Sequence record: OR167180
Length of the DNA: 64,000 nt
DNA from: Escherichia phage MIZ4
Direction: 5' to 3' (one strand)
The notes below the pieces were generated by a model, which saw nothing but the letters and a program-made list of their open reading frames with translations, was not told where the DNA came from and ran no database searches. Of the stretch, positions 45,064 through 55,677 are shown piece by piece. Positions within the stretch are counted from its first letter, which is position 1, and each line of letters opens with the position of its first letter. A program made the translations under genes and the position numbers.

Positions 45064-45252
45064 TACTGATTCCTCAAATGAAAATATTTATTAACAATTG
45101 TCGCTTTGCGACGTGCCGTAGGCACTGACTACTTTTTAACCGAAACAAATTTTTATTATTCTAAAGATCTTTCTTCGTTTTGGTTATGTTTTAACCAATA
45201 ACTATATTTTTATACAGTAATAAATAAAACGGGTACTATACGAGGACTTCTT

Positions 45253-45507
45253 ATGACAGAAGACATTTTGTTAAAACTCTATGATCGTTTGGATAACGAA
45301 TTAGCAACATTGCGGGGTGAAGTTCTCTATTTGTCGAAATGCAATACAGATCTGCTTAAGCAGATTGCAGAAAGGGATGATCAAATAAAATCCCTTTCAG
45401 GTGCATTACGTGATCGCGACAAGGCATTAGAGATTTTACAGCGTGTTACCAATAAGGAAGAATTAAAAGACTTCTTACATGGTTATGCTCATGCCATCGA
45501 TCTATAA
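45253..45507 (+). CDS. hypothetical coiled-coil protein
   Basis: 84-aa plus-strand ORF between 3 and 2; followed by hairpin 45514-45532. Confidence 0.35.
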   Translation: MTEDILLKLYDRLDNELATLRGEVLYLSKCNTDLLKQIAERDDQIKSLSGALRDRDKALEILQRVTNKEELKDFLHGYAHAIDL

Positions 45508-45513
45508 TAAAAA

Positions 45514-45532
45514 AGCCCGTCATTGACGGGCT
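45514..45532. terminator. hairpin terminator between convergent genes
   Basis: AGCCCGTCA T TGACGGGCT with A-run on one side. Confidence 0.5.
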
Positions 45533-45537
45533 TAATC

Positions 45538-46359
45538 TTATGCATCCTTCCACACCTTCCTTGCATCATAGTTTTTACCTTTAGAAACAAATTTATATGT
45601 GTTAAGGTAGATAATATTGCTCCAGTCTTTCGGGCTAATCTCAACAAGTTTTGTTTTAATGTGTCCCGGTAGATATGCTTTGATCATGTGATCACTTCCA
45701 CGCATACCTTTTACATCGCTCCATTTGATTTTTAAGCGTGTTTTATTGCTCAAGGTAGGAGTAGATGCATATTGCTTTAAAAGTGCTTCCAGAAACTGCT
45801 GACGGGCTTTAGGCGTTACATAGTGTAAGTTAAGACCCAGCATTACAGTATTACCCGCCTTTGTCTTAGAATCACCCAGACAAATGATCAGCGGGAAAAC
45901 ATCCCAATATGGCAAAGTGTCTTTATACTTCGCATCATACATAAAGGTATAGATTCGCCCTACTTGCGGTTTTACAATCTGGTGTCCCTTTATTCCCGCT
46001 TTTATTGTTTTAGTAAACCACTCCTGTGATTTTTCTTTAGGACGACTCTTTGATACAGCACGCATAGACGCACGAAAATCATTAATCATCATCATTGCGC
46101 GTTGCTGCTTATTGAGACCCTTTGCGCCTTTCCCTTTTAGTTTTTCAACTTCTATTGCTGTTTTAATTTCGCTAGCATAACGAGACATACTTTTAGTGAA
46201 AGTCGCATAGGCTATTCCCTTAGAATCTGCAAATGCTTTAGCTGTCATGCCTTTGGCTTTTGCTTTCGCAAATTCTACACCCAATTCGACCCACTGTTTA
46301 GACTTTCGTTTTTGGGGAGACGGCTTTTCGTCTTCGGTGATTATTTCAAATACGCTCAT
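45538..46359 (-). CDS. 2: probable DNA end-protector protein gp2
   Basis: 273-aa lysine-rich protein at the T4 gene 2 position and size; identity not independently verified. Confidence 0.5.
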   Translation of the reverse strand: MSVFEIITEDEKPSPQKRKSKQWVELGVEFAKAKAKGMTAKAFADSKGIAYATFTKSMSRYASEIKTAIEVEKLKGKGAKGLNKQQRAMMMINDFRASMRAVSKSRPKEKSQEWFTKTIKAGIKGHQIVKPQVGRIYTFMYDAKYKDTLPYWDVFPLIICLGDSKTKAGNTVMLGLNLHYVTPKARQQFLEALLKQYASTPTLSNKTRLKIKWSDVKGMRGSDHMIKAYLPGHIKTKLVEISPKDWSNIIYLNTYKFVSKGKNYDARKVWKDA

Positions 46360-46370
46360 AATATTATCCT

Positions 46371-46844
46371 CTATTTGTTAAGCCCTTTAAAACCAAACAC
46401 TTTCTTTAATGCATGTTCGGTTATGATCTTAAACTCCATGTTATGCTTTTGGCATAATTTCACGGCAGCTAACCATTTTTCAGTATTTTTTGTGTACGTC
46501 CACACTTCATGCATATATCGTTGCTTTGTCTTCGCGGTCATTCTTTTTGGCTTTTCCGGTGGCCTTGTCTCTTTAGCTGGTTTAACTTCCCATAAATGCT
46601 CCTTGCCATCATCAAACTTAACGTAAAAATCCATAAAGTATCTGTGTCTTTTCCCGTCTGTTGATGACTCATAAGGAATTACTACGGTCTCAGATCCCCA
46701 TTTTGCAACTCTAGGATTGCGGTCTAGCCACTGCATGATCCATCTTTCCCAGCTTGAACGGTATGTGATCTTACGTATATCCCCTTTATACTTTTCCTTA
46801 TTCTCAGGAACATACTTGCCCTTATAAGTGTTAGATCCTCCCAT
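46371..46844 (-). CDS. 4: head completion protein gp4
   Basis: YKGKY.P.N..KYKGD...ITYRSSWE, YFMDF.VKFD, EVKP.KET.PP.KP.RMT, FKI.TE match T4 gp4. Confidence 0.85.
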   Translation of the reverse strand: MGGSNTYKGKYVPENKEKYKGDIRKITYRSSWERWIMQWLDRNPRVAKWGSETVVIPYESSTDGKRHRYFMDFYVKFDDGKEHLWEVKPAKETRPPEKPKRMTAKTKQRYMHEVWTYTKNTEKWLAAVKLCQKHNMEFKIITEHALKKVFGFKGLNK

Positions 46845-46859
46845 TTTAGCACCCTTTAT

Positions 46860-46867
46860 TATAAATA
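46860..46867 (+). promoter_or_regulatory. T4-type late promoter TATAAATA upstream of gene 53
   Basis: exact TATAAATA about 32 nt before the gp53 ATG in the divergent 4/53 intergenic region. Confidence 0.6.
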
Positions 46868-46899
46868 CATAATACTATTTATCAATTGAGGGTGCTAAA

Positions 46900-47454
46900 A
46901 TGCTCTTTTCTTTCTTCCCTGCCATTGAATACAACGGCAAGATGATTACTGACATTGTGCGCAATTACCGCGCATATTTCAACGCAATAATTTCTGATTA
47001 TAACATACAAACATATTACATTCAAGGTAGTCCACGACCGGAACAAGTTGCATATGAAGTATACGGAAACCAACAACTTTACTGGATCTTGCTGATGCTT
47101 AATGACGTATACGATCCGTTCCATGACTGGATCACCGATCAAGAGACAGCATATGAATCAGCCGAACAACGATATGCAAATGTAGGAGGAAATCAAGTAT
47201 TATACCACGTTGATATTGACGGAAACAAGTATTGGAATCTTACCGAATATCCGAAAGGATCAAGCAATTGGTATGATAAAGGGGATATTCATCATCGTCA
47301 TTTGCAGTTTCAAGGTGCATTATCGGCGGTAGACACACTGGAAGATGCGATCCTCCGCAATGAGGAACGACGCAAGATCAAGATCATAGATCCTACACAA
47401 ATTAAACAATTTATTAACGCATTCATACGAGAAATGGAAAAGGCTGATGTGTAA
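46900..47454 (+). CDS. 53: baseplate wedge protein gp53
   Basis: MLFSFF.AIEY, YYIQGSPRPE, QLYW.LLM.ND.YDP...WIT.QE.AY, KIKII match T4 gp53. Confidence 0.85.
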   Translation: MLFSFFPAIEYNGKMITDIVRNYRAYFNAIISDYNIQTYYIQGSPRPEQVAYEVYGNQQLYWILLMLNDVYDPFHDWITDQETAYESAEQRYANVGGNQVLYHVDIDGNKYWNLTEYPKGSSNWYDKGDIHHRHLQFQGALSAVDTLEDAILRNEERRKIKIIDPTQIKQFINAFIREMEKADV

Positions 47455-47465
47455 GGTGATTAATT

Positions 47466-49265
47466 ATGCTAATGTTTAATAACTCCGTTAAATGGTTTAC
47501 CGGAATTGTAGAAAACAGGGAAGACCCATTAATGCTGGGGCGTGTTCAGGTTAGGATTCATGGTATACATCCCTCGCTATCCGCACACGGTGACATTCAA
47601 GGTCTTCCAACCGAAGATCTATTATGGATTACGCCAGTACAAGATATTACAAGCGCGGCGATCTCCGGTATAGGTCAAAGCCCTACTGGTATTGTTGAAG
47701 GTTCAATGGTATTTGGTTTGGCTTTAGATGAACGTTATTTAAACTGCGTTATTCTTGGTACTATTGCCGGACAATATACAGAGAAACCACTTACTACAGA
47801 GGGTTTTTGCGACCCTTCTGGTGCATATCCTCGTTATATTGGTAATGATGTTAATATTCTTGCTCGTGGCGGTATTAACCCAGAAACCGGACAAACAACA
47901 AAACCTGATAGTGTCTATATTCGAGATGAAAACACTGGAGTTGCAGTAAATCCAGACGACGAGCCATTAGACCAAATTCCGGTTGATGATAATCCTGATT
48001 TTACAATCGAAAAAATGCTGCGGGGCGATGAGGGATATCGCGAGAAATGGTATCTTGATTCAGAAGGATATCCGACAATAGGCATCGGGCATTTGATCAT
48101 TTATAAGAAAACCAGTGATCTGGGTATTATCAATAATGAACTTTCTAAGCTGGTAGGGCGTGAAGTTACAAACGGAAGACTTACCGCCGAAGAAGTTAGT
48201 AAAGTATTTGCTGACGATATAGAAAAGACTCGTCGTGATATGCGCAAACATCCACGAATTGCACCTGTCTATAATAAATGTAATGCCTCACGTCGTATGG
48301 CATTAGAAAATATGGCGTTTCAAATGGGTGTTGGAGGATTGGGTAAATTTAAGAATAGTCTTGCTGCGATGTTAGCGGAAGAATGGAAACAAGCCTATGA
48401 TGGATTACGTCAATCGGTATGGGCTAACCAAACTCCAGGACGCTCCAGCCGTGTTTCTAAAATTATTTTAACTGGTAACTTAGAATCATATGGCGTAATT
48501 GCTCCAAAGAAAGAGGAATCAATTTCGGATGATCCGCGAGCACGTTTGAGAAATGCCCGTATTGCTGCCTATAAGACGCAGAGAGCAGAAGAAGACCCAG
48601 AAGCACCGTTTACCCCACAAGACACACGAATCATGTTTAAAGAGCCTAAGAGTTCGTATTCTGCGAGGTATCCTTATAACCATGTGTACGAGTCAGAGAG
48701 CGGTCATATTATCGAGATTGATGATACTCCTTCTCATGAGCGATATCATCGTAAACATCCTTCTGGTACATTTGAAGAAACCAGACCGGACGGAACGAGG
48801 GTAGAAAAGATTGAAGGTGATGACTATTTGATCGTTAAGCAAGGCCGCAAAGTCAACGTTAAAGGCAATCTGCAAGTTGTTGTTGAAGGTGACGCGCAAG
48901 TTTATTATATGGGTAATGTAATGCAAACCGTTGATGGTAACGTCACGGAATTTATTCGTGGCAATGTTAATCAGACCGTTGAGGGTACAGCTAATATGCA
49001 TGTTGTAGGTGATGTTACCGCACAGCTTGACGCTAATTTGACGGCTAACGTCAAGGGTAATGCTGAATTAATGATCGAGGGTAACACTACCGAAACAATT
49101 AAAGGTAACTATGATTTAACCGTTGAGGGTAATTTTAATATGACCGTCAATGGCACTAAATCAGATCAGGTTAATGGTGACTGGTCCCGTAATTGTGGTG
49201 CAAGCGTTAAAGATATTGCATCTGGTACAGTTAAAATTGATGGTAGCCGTATTGATCTTGGGTGA
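47466..49265 (+). CDS. 5: baseplate hub / tail lysozyme gp5
   Basis: N-terminal OB region, T4-lysozyme-like EGYREKWYLDSEGYPTIGIGH, C-terminal beta-helix with VxGN repeats. Confidence 0.9.
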   Translation: MLMFNNSVKWFTGIVENREDPLMLGRVQVRIHGIHPSLSAHGDIQGLPTEDLLWITPVQDITSAAISGIGQSPTGIVEGSMVFGLALDERYLNCVILGTIAGQYTEKPLTTEGFCDPSGAYPRYIGNDVNILARGGINPETGQTTKPDSVYIRDENTGVAVNPDDEPLDQIPVDDNPDFTIEKMLRGDEGYREKWYLDSEGYPTIGIGHLIIYKKTSDLGIINNELSKLVGREVTNGRLTAEEVSKVFADDIEKTRRDMRKHPRIAPVYNKCNASRRMALENMAFQMGVGGLGKFKNSLAAMLAEEWKQAYDGLRQSVWANQTPGRSSRVSKIILTGNLESYGVIAPKKEESISDDPRARLRNARIAAYKTQRAEEDPEAPFTPQDTRIMFKEPKSSYSARYPYNHVYESESGHIIEIDDTPSHERYHRKHPSGTFEETRPDGTRVEKIEGDDYLIVKQGRKVNVKGNLQVVVEGDAQVYYMGNVMQTVDGNVTEFIRGNVNQTVEGTANMHVVGDVTAQLDANLTANVKGNAELMIEGNTTETIKGNYDLTVEGNFNMTVNGTKSDQVNGDWSRNCGASVKDIASGTVKIDGSRIDLG

Positions 49266-49273
49266 GGTAACTA

Positions 49274-49843
49274 ATGGTTGAAATTCTTCCGATGAGTTCA
49301 AAATTGGAGGATATCAGCGAGCGAGAAATCTTTGAGGTGGTGTTCTCTTATAAAGCAACGCCACCGGATGCAAATACCACATACACGATTAAAGAGTTTA
49401 AGATCAGCGAGTATCGCCCTAATAAGGGCGTTACCGTTGAAGAAACTAAAATATCTGGTGAGTATCGGGATAGTTTTTCGCTTGGCGCGGATTCTCTTAA
49501 ATATATAACGAAAGATAGAATTAAAAAATCTGCCGGAAGTTTTGATGATTTACCAGATCCAACTACCGCAGATCTATATTATTTTAACGCTCCTACACGT
49601 CTACAGGAGGTTTATACTTATAAAGTAACCCTAACCTATATCCAATCTGTTTCAGAGTCTTCTGGTGGTTCTGATGAAGGAAATAGTGGTGGTTCCAATA
49701 GCCGAGAGGGTGCTGGTGAAACTAATCCGCCTCCGGTAGTAACCGAGCACACAATAGAGAAAGTTTATACTCAAACCGTTTTTGGAAATTGGGATGTGTG
49801 GAGTAAACAGTTAAGAGATTATGTTAGAAGAAGTGAGGGATAA
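49274..49843 (+). CDS. hypothetical protein (5.1 position)
   Basis: 189-aa ORF following gp5. Confidence 0.4.
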   Translation: MVEILPMSSKLEDISEREIFEVVFSYKATPPDANTTYTIKEFKISEYRPNKGVTVEETKISGEYRDSFSLGADSLKYITKDRIKKSAGSFDDLPDPTTADLYYFNAPTRLQEVYTYKVTLTYIQSVSESSGGSDEGNSGGSNSREGAGETNPPPVVTEHTIEKVYTQTVFGNWDVWSKQLRDYVRRSEG

Positions 49844-49844
49844 T

Positions 49845-50384
49845 ATGATTGAAGTAATTCATTACACCAAAGAAGATGAAATTTTATATAATAGACTACA
49901 TGAACTATTTTATGAAGTTGACGGAAAGGTTTATAGAAGGTTCTCTCGTGGACGTTCTAAAGCCGGAAGTCTAGTTGGTGGATTGAAGATAAATCCATGT
50001 GGATATAGATATTGGAGACTTGCTGTTGATGGTAAAGAGTTTCAGAGGTCTCATGTTGTTTATCATATGCATCACGGACACACTCCGAGAAAACCACTAC
50101 AAATAGATCATATTAACACAAACTCCCTTGACGACCGAGTTAGCAATTTAAGACCAGCAACCGTTACCCAACAAATGTACAACCAAAATAAACAATCCGA
50201 TTGCACATCTTCATATATTGGTGTTAATTGGAATAAAAATTCCAAAAAATGGGAAGCTAGAATTAGAGCTAATGGAAAACGAATCCGTTTAGGTCTATTT
50301 GATAATGAAATTGACGCTGCGATTGCCTATAACACCGCTGCATTATCTAGAGATTCAAAAGTTAACAAATTAAACAATGTATGA
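49845..50384 (+). CDS. freestanding HNH homing endonuclease with AP2 domain
   Basis: HNH QIDHINTNSLDDRVSNLR; AP2-like YIGVNWNKNSKKWEARIRANGKRIRLG..EIDAAIAYN; start at the second Met, which has the GAGGG RBS. Confidence 0.75.
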   Translation: MIEVIHYTKEDEILYNRLHELFYEVDGKVYRRFSRGRSKAGSLVGGLKINPCGYRYWRLAVDGKEFQRSHVVYHMHHGHTPRKPLQIDHINTNSLDDRVSNLRPATVTQQMYNQNKQSDCTSSYIGVNWNKNSKKWEARIRANGKRIRLGLFDNEIDAAIAYNTAALSRDSKVNKLNNV

Positions 50385-50399
50385 AGATGGGGGTGTTTA

Positions 50400-50693
50400 A
50401 TGGCTGGATTATCCTACGATAAAGCTAAAACTACAGGGCACGGAAACTACCCACCTACTGTAATTAATGCAACTCAATCTAAGGTATTTGTTGAGGGTAT
50501 CCCTGTATTAGTCGAAGGAGACCCAATTACACCACATACAAAAACAACAAAGCCTTATGATACACACGGGGGAACTACGGTCGCCAGTACCCCGAAAGTA
50601 TTTGTTACCGGAAAGAAAGCAATTCAAATGGCAGATCGTATTAGCTGTGGCGATACCGTCGCTATGGCATCACCGAAGGTATTCATAAAATGA
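50400..50693 (+). CDS. 5.4: PAAR-repeat spike-tip protein gp5.4
   Basis: 97 aa, same length and position as T4 gp5.4; PAAR-like alternation. Confidence 0.65.
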   Translation: MAGLSYDKAKTTGHGNYPPTVINATQSKVFVEGIPVLVEGDPITPHTKTTKPYDTHGGTTVASTPKVFVTGKKAIQMADRISCGDTVAMASPKVFIK

Positions 50694-52594
50694 CAAAGCA
50701 AAAGATTACACAAATTCCTGATATTTTTAATGCTGCTACATTCGATGAAATTAAAAGCGCATTAACAGACTGGATGAGAAACCAGGAAGAATTTAAAGAT
50801 TTTGATTTTAATGGTGCTGGTATTAACGTATTGATGGACTTGCTCGCATATAATACCCTTTATATTCAGCAATTCGCCAACGCCGCGCTATATGAATCTT
50901 TTATCAGAACGGCAATTAAGCGTAGTTCAGTTGTTCAAGCCGCGCAAGATTTAGGATATTTGCCAGCAAGTAAAACTAGTGCATCGACTACAATTATGTT
51001 GCATGTATCACATCCGCGAAATCCGGCAAGTATTCGAATCCCACGAGGAACTAAATTTATTGCAAGTGTGGATCGCCAGACGTCTTATCCGTTTGTGACT
51101 ACAGAAGACGTTGTGAGCGTTTTAGGTTCAATTGGTTTATATACGCCTATGCTTAAAGTCGCACAAGGTCGTATTGTTCGTACAGAAATGTTATTTGATC
51201 CGAAGAAACAAATTCTGATCCGCGATCCTGATATTGACCGCGCTCAGGTTAAGTTGTGGGTAGACGGCGCTGAATGGAAAGACTGGACGCGAGAAAGCAT
51301 TGTTAATGCAACTGGCGCTAGTAATATTTTCTATATGCGTGAAACCGTAGACGGTCATACAGAAATCTTCTTTGGTGAGGGTGAATCAACTTTATCTGCT
51401 GCTGGCGGTGCACTGGAAGCAAATTATATTGGTGGACTTAAGCCGTCAACTGGCGCTAATATTGTTATCGAATATATCAGCACTAAAGGCGCGGAAGCAA
51501 ACGGTTCAGTTAATTTCACATACGCGGATACCCTTGCATCTATCTCTATTGTTAAAATTATTGAGAATCCGACAAATGACCGTGATTATGTCGGTGCGGA
51601 TGGTGGTGGTGATCCTGAATCAATCGAACGTATCCGTGAACTTGCTCCGGTAATGCGTGAATCTCAGCGTCGTTGTGTAACTGCTTCCGACTATGAGGCT
51701 TTTGTGTCTAGCCGTTTTGGTAGTATTGTTCAGGCGGTACAATGTTTCACCGACCGAGAAAAACCGGGTTATGCTTTTGTTGCTGTTAAGCCTAAATCTG
51801 GCTTGCGCTTGACAACCGTTCAAAAAGAAGATATGCGGGATTATCTGGCAAAATATAACCTTGCCCCTATCACGCCGAGCATCATTGACCCTAACTATCT
51901 GTATATTAAACAGAATATTAAAGTTTCCTATTCAATCAACGACTTGTCAGAATCAGAGCAGTGGTTGCGCGGTGCGGTTATTGATCAGATTGATGCATAT
52001 TATACCGACGAAGTGGAAATTTTTAACCAGACCTTTAGTAAGTCTAAAATGCTTGCGCGTATTGACAAAGCTGATGTATCTGTGATAGGTTCTAGTGCAG
52101 AAATCGAGATGGTGCGAGAGATCGACAACTTCTATAAAGCACCGATGGCTGGAATCAAGTTTTTAAACCAGTATAAGAGCGGAATCAAGTCTAGTTCATT
52201 CAACTTCGAAAAGGACGACAAGCAATATCCGATCCATTATGTAAGTACAGAAATGAACAAAGAATCCGGTTTAGCTAAATTGCTGGTTGGACCTTTCCCT
52301 GTTGATTCTACAATCGCTTTACCGCACTATTCCGGCACTGATTTTGATAAAGAGGTTATCGACGGTGCGGACCTATACTTTGAGGTTGGAGAGGTTCAGC
52401 ATTATGACGACCTTATTTCATGGGATCTGGGTAAACTGAATATCAATAGCGATCGCTTTACTGGTTCATATATTGAGTTGACAGCTAAACCGATTGCTGA
52501 TAACATCTTTACTAAAGACGGTTCTTTGATCGTGTTTGAAAACGATCTCCGTCCTCAGTACACAACTATTAGTCTGGAGGCAATTGCTCAATGA
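50690..52594 (+). CDS. 6: baseplate wedge protein gp6
   Basis: 634 aa in the T4 gene 6 position; overlapping start/stop with neighbours. Confidence 0.75.
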   Translation: MTKQKITQIPDIFNAATFDEIKSALTDWMRNQEEFKDFDFNGAGINVLMDLLAYNTLYIQQFANAALYESFIRTAIKRSSVVQAAQDLGYLPASKTSASTTIMLHVSHPRNPASIRIPRGTKFIASVDRQTSYPFVTTEDVVSVLGSIGLYTPMLKVAQGRIVRTEMLFDPKKQILIRDPDIDRAQVKLWVDGAEWKDWTRESIVNATGASNIFYMRETVDGHTEIFFGEGESTLSAAGGALEANYIGGLKPSTGANIVIEYISTKGAEANGSVNFTYADTLASISIVKIIENPTNDRDYVGADGGGDPESIERIRELAPVMRESQRRCVTASDYEAFVSSRFGSIVQAVQCFTDREKPGYAFVAVKPKSGLRLTTVQKEDMRDYLAKYNLAPITPSIIDPNYLYIKQNIKVSYSINDLSESEQWLRGAVIDQIDAYYTDEVEIFNQTFSKSKMLARIDKADVSVIGSSAEIEMVREIDNFYKAPMAGIKFLNQYKSGIKSSSFNFEKDDKQYPIHYVSTEMNKESGLAKLLVGPFPVDSTIALPHYSGTDFDKEVIDGADLYFEVGEVQHYDDLISWDLGKLNINSDRFTGSYIELTAKPIADNIFTKDGSLIVFENDLRPQYTTISLEAIAQ

Positions 52595-55500
52595 TTAAAG
52601 CGCCTAGTGTAACTAGCTTGACAATAGAAAAATTGTCTGCTAATCAGGCGTATATCACATGGGATGACGTAGGCGAAAACTTCTTTTATTTTGTGGAGTT
52701 AGCCGAAACCAGAACACGAGACGGGGAGATCATCCCCGTCGATGAGTTAAGCTGGGTAAACCTGGGATATACTGCCGAACAAAACTGGTTTGAGGATAAA
52801 AACCTTTTTCCAGAATATTATTACAAGTTTCGTGTAGCAGTAGCCGCAGAAGGATTTGAACAAAGTAAATGGGTTGAGACCGAAGAGTTTCAGACATTTA
52901 AAACAAACGCATATAATTTTTCTATGATGCGAGAGTTCAACCTTGCAAACGAGTTTATAAAGGAAAAATTTACATACGATAATCGAGAGTATGTCAAGTT
53001 TAATACCGACCTTATTCAAGCATCATTGATGAAGGAAGATTTTGTCTTTAGTCCTGAATATGCAAACATGACAAATATCTCAAACTACATTGTAGTTGAT
53101 GAGAACTTTCATGAAATACAGGACCACATAGAAAAAGTTTGTACTGATATAAACCGCACAATGTTAGCGGAAATGAACGGTGTTTTGTACCTTTTCGAAC
53201 GGTTCCAGCCGATCGTGAAAGTGTCAAATGATAAAGGTCAATCATGGAAAGCATACAAGGCTTTTAATGATCGTGTAGGCAATCCGGTTTCCCGCACATG
53301 CGTTTATCAGTCTAAAACCACTACTTACGTTTTAGGATATGACCGAATCTTTTACGGACGACAAGCTAGCGATACTCGATGGAGCGCGGACGATGTTCGA
53401 TTTAGTGATGATACGATCACTTTTGCAAAGGTTGGTGACGAGAACGATTTAGGATTTGACGTTGAGGTCTTTGGTGTATTTTCCAGATTAACAGGGGACA
53501 CCACAAAATACGCCGAAGCTATGGCGTGCAGTGATGACTATTTGTGGGTTGGTGCTAAAGATGTTATTCGCCGGATTCGTCTTAAGAATACTCCTGTTGA
53601 TACCGTACAGGGTTCTCCTACGTTTGGAGAAAAAATATTCGATCCTGATGTTATCCGAGTAACAGGAAATGATAAAGCTGTCATTCAGAAAATGGATGTG
53701 ATCGACGGTAAATTGCTTGTATTTGTTACTGGTGAAGTTAAACAGCGTTATCAAGATCCGACTAAACCTGAAAACGTTGTCCCGTCAGACGATGCGGGTG
53801 TATACTTAATTGGGAGTGATGGTCTGTCTTTTCAGAGAGTATTTGGCAACACTCCGCAGGAAAGGGAATATATTCAGCATGGGTTCAGTAATATGTCAAC
53901 AAACGGTGATGAGGTGTTCATAAGCCATTATAATCATCACTTCGAAAGCATTTTACCAGATCCAGAAACTGCCGCGAAATATGAATTAAGCGAAGCTGTA
54001 AAATATTCTCAGGAGCCAACTTATCTAACTGATAAGAAAATACATCAAACTACTTTCAGAGCAAGTTATGATGATTTGCGTATTTGGGAATTAGGACCGC
54101 AAGCGTATTATAATGAGGCTGATTATACATGGATGCGTCGAAACGGTGTTCGTGTATGGATCACAAATGATAATCGCCCGTTGGTTGTTTATCCAGAAGT
54201 TGTCTATACGCAGGAAGTTGATACTTCCGGCATTCTTGATAAAAACAGAATTAACCGTGAAGTTTATGATAAAGGGACCGTGACCTGTTATCTTAACAAT
54301 GTTAAATTTGAAGGATTCAAACAATATGCATCCGGTGTAATGTTCCATAAAAACACGGGGGAGATCATTGGGTTCTATCAATTTAACTATCGCGTTCGTG
54401 ATCAGGTTGGTGTATATTGGAAACCTACAAATGTAGCATTTGTAGCTGAATTGCAAAATCAGGTTCGGGAGGTTCCCTGGGTTCCGGTTCACTACGATCG
54501 AGAGCAAGATCCAGATTTGCGACCTTTACTGAATAAGATGACACCGGATAGCTTTTTACTTGAGAACGAAAATTTCAGAAAATTCTCTGAATATTATCTG
54601 CAATTCTTAAGTGATGGTTCAGGAACATATTATAATAAACTAAAAAATCTGATTAAAAACAAATATCCACGCGAGCAAGATGCATATGAGTATCTTTGGT
54701 CAGAGATGAACAAACGAAACATCTATGCAGATAAAAACAAGCGAGATGCGGTCGTAAGATTCTTTGAATCCCGCAAATCAGATTTTTATTCCACTAAGGG
54801 CGTGGAGGCTTCTTACAAGTTCTTGTTTAAGTTACTTTATAATGAAGATGTGGAAATTGAGGTTGAATCACAAGCCGGACTAGAGTATGATATTGTTGTT
54901 AGTTCAACGAACATTGACGAGGATATCGTAGGTCGCACGATTTATACTCCAACCGGACGGGCTAACGTGACGTATCTTGAAAGGGAATATGAAGGTGGAC
55001 GTCTACGCTGGCGAGTAACCATTCATAACCTGATCGGGCGGTTTGAAGAAGGTCAAGTGATCAAATCAGAGAAAACAGCGTTTGAGGGGATGATCCTTGT
55101 TGGTGTACGTGGTAAAGAGTTGTTGAGTAGTTCAATCGACTATATCAACCGCTCACGAAGCCAATACACCATGAAGATTAAAAGTGCATTGCCAGTTTCG
55201 CGCTATGCAAATGATGTAATGCGATTCGTTCATCCTGTCGGCTTTGGGTTTATCGGTGTTACCCTGCTTACGATGTTCATTAACAGTGGGTTGAGCATGA
55301 AGCACACCGAGACTATAATTCAATCTCTGAAAAATTATAAGTTTGACAGCGGATTGCCTAGCGTGTATCCTGATCGGGTGGCAGACCTTGACGTTGACGG
55401 AAACATTAAGAAAGACCCGCTTACCGGAAAAGCATTATACTTAACGTCACCGACAATGGGCGAAGAGTTCCCCGTTCCTCCTGAATATGATCAGGAGAAC

Positions 55501-55677
55501 AGCGAATTGTTCCACGGACTTAAAGCAAGCGAACGAAGATTTGCAATGAGTCCACTGTTTGACCAGTCGGCGGTAACATTCTCTATGTTCCGTGAACTTG
55601 TAGATAAACGGTTGAAGGATAATATAGGAAATCCACGCGATCCGAAGAATCCGACACAGAGGAAAATTAATGGCTAA
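52591..55677 (+). CDS. 7: baseplate wedge initiator gp7
   Basis: 1028 aa versus T4 gp7 1032 aa; position. Confidence 0.75.
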   Translation: MIKAPSVTSLTIEKLSANQAYITWDDVGENFFYFVELAETRTRDGEIIPVDELSWVNLGYTAEQNWFEDKNLFPEYYYKFRVAVAAEGFEQSKWVETEEFQTFKTNAYNFSMMREFNLANEFIKEKFTYDNREYVKFNTDLIQASLMKEDFVFSPEYANMTNISNYIVVDENFHEIQDHIEKVCTDINRTMLAEMNGVLYLFERFQPIVKVSNDKGQSWKAYKAFNDRVGNPVSRTCVYQSKTTTYVLGYDRIFYGRQASDTRWSADDVRFSDDTITFAKVGDENDLGFDVEVFGVFSRLTGDTTKYAEAMACSDDYLWVGAKDVIRRIRLKNTPVDTVQGSPTFGEKIFDPDVIRVTGNDKAVIQKMDVIDGKLLVFVTGEVKQRYQDPTKPENVVPSDDAGVYLIGSDGLSFQRVFGNTPQEREYIQHGFSNMSTNGDEVFISHYNHHFESILPDPETAAKYELSEAVKYSQEPTYLTDKKIHQTTFRASYDDLRIWELGPQAYYNEADYTWMRRNGVRVWITNDNRPLVVYPEVVYTQEVDTSGILDKNRINREVYDKGTVTCYLNNVKFEGFKQYASGVMFHKNTGEIIGFYQFNYRVRDQVGVYWKPTNVAFVAELQNQVREVPWVPVHYDREQDPDLRPLLNKMTPDSFLLENENFRKFSEYYLQFLSDGSGTYYNKLKNLIKNKYPREQDAYEYLWSEMNKRNIYADKNKRDAVVRFFESRKSDFYSTKGVEASYKFLFKLLYNEDVEIEVESQAGLEYDIVVSSTNIDEDIVGRTIYTPTGRANVTYLEREYEGGRLRWRVTIHNLIGRFEEGQVIKSEKTAFEGMILVGVRGKELLSSSIDYINRSRSQYTMKIKSALPVSRYANDVMRFVHPVGFGFIGVTLLTMFINSGLSMKHTETIIQSLKNYKFDSGLPSVYPDRVADLDVDGNIKKDPLTGKALYLTSPTMGEEFPVPPEYDQENSELFHGLKASERRFAMSPLFDQSAVTFSMFRELVDKRLKDNIGNPRDPKNPTQRKING

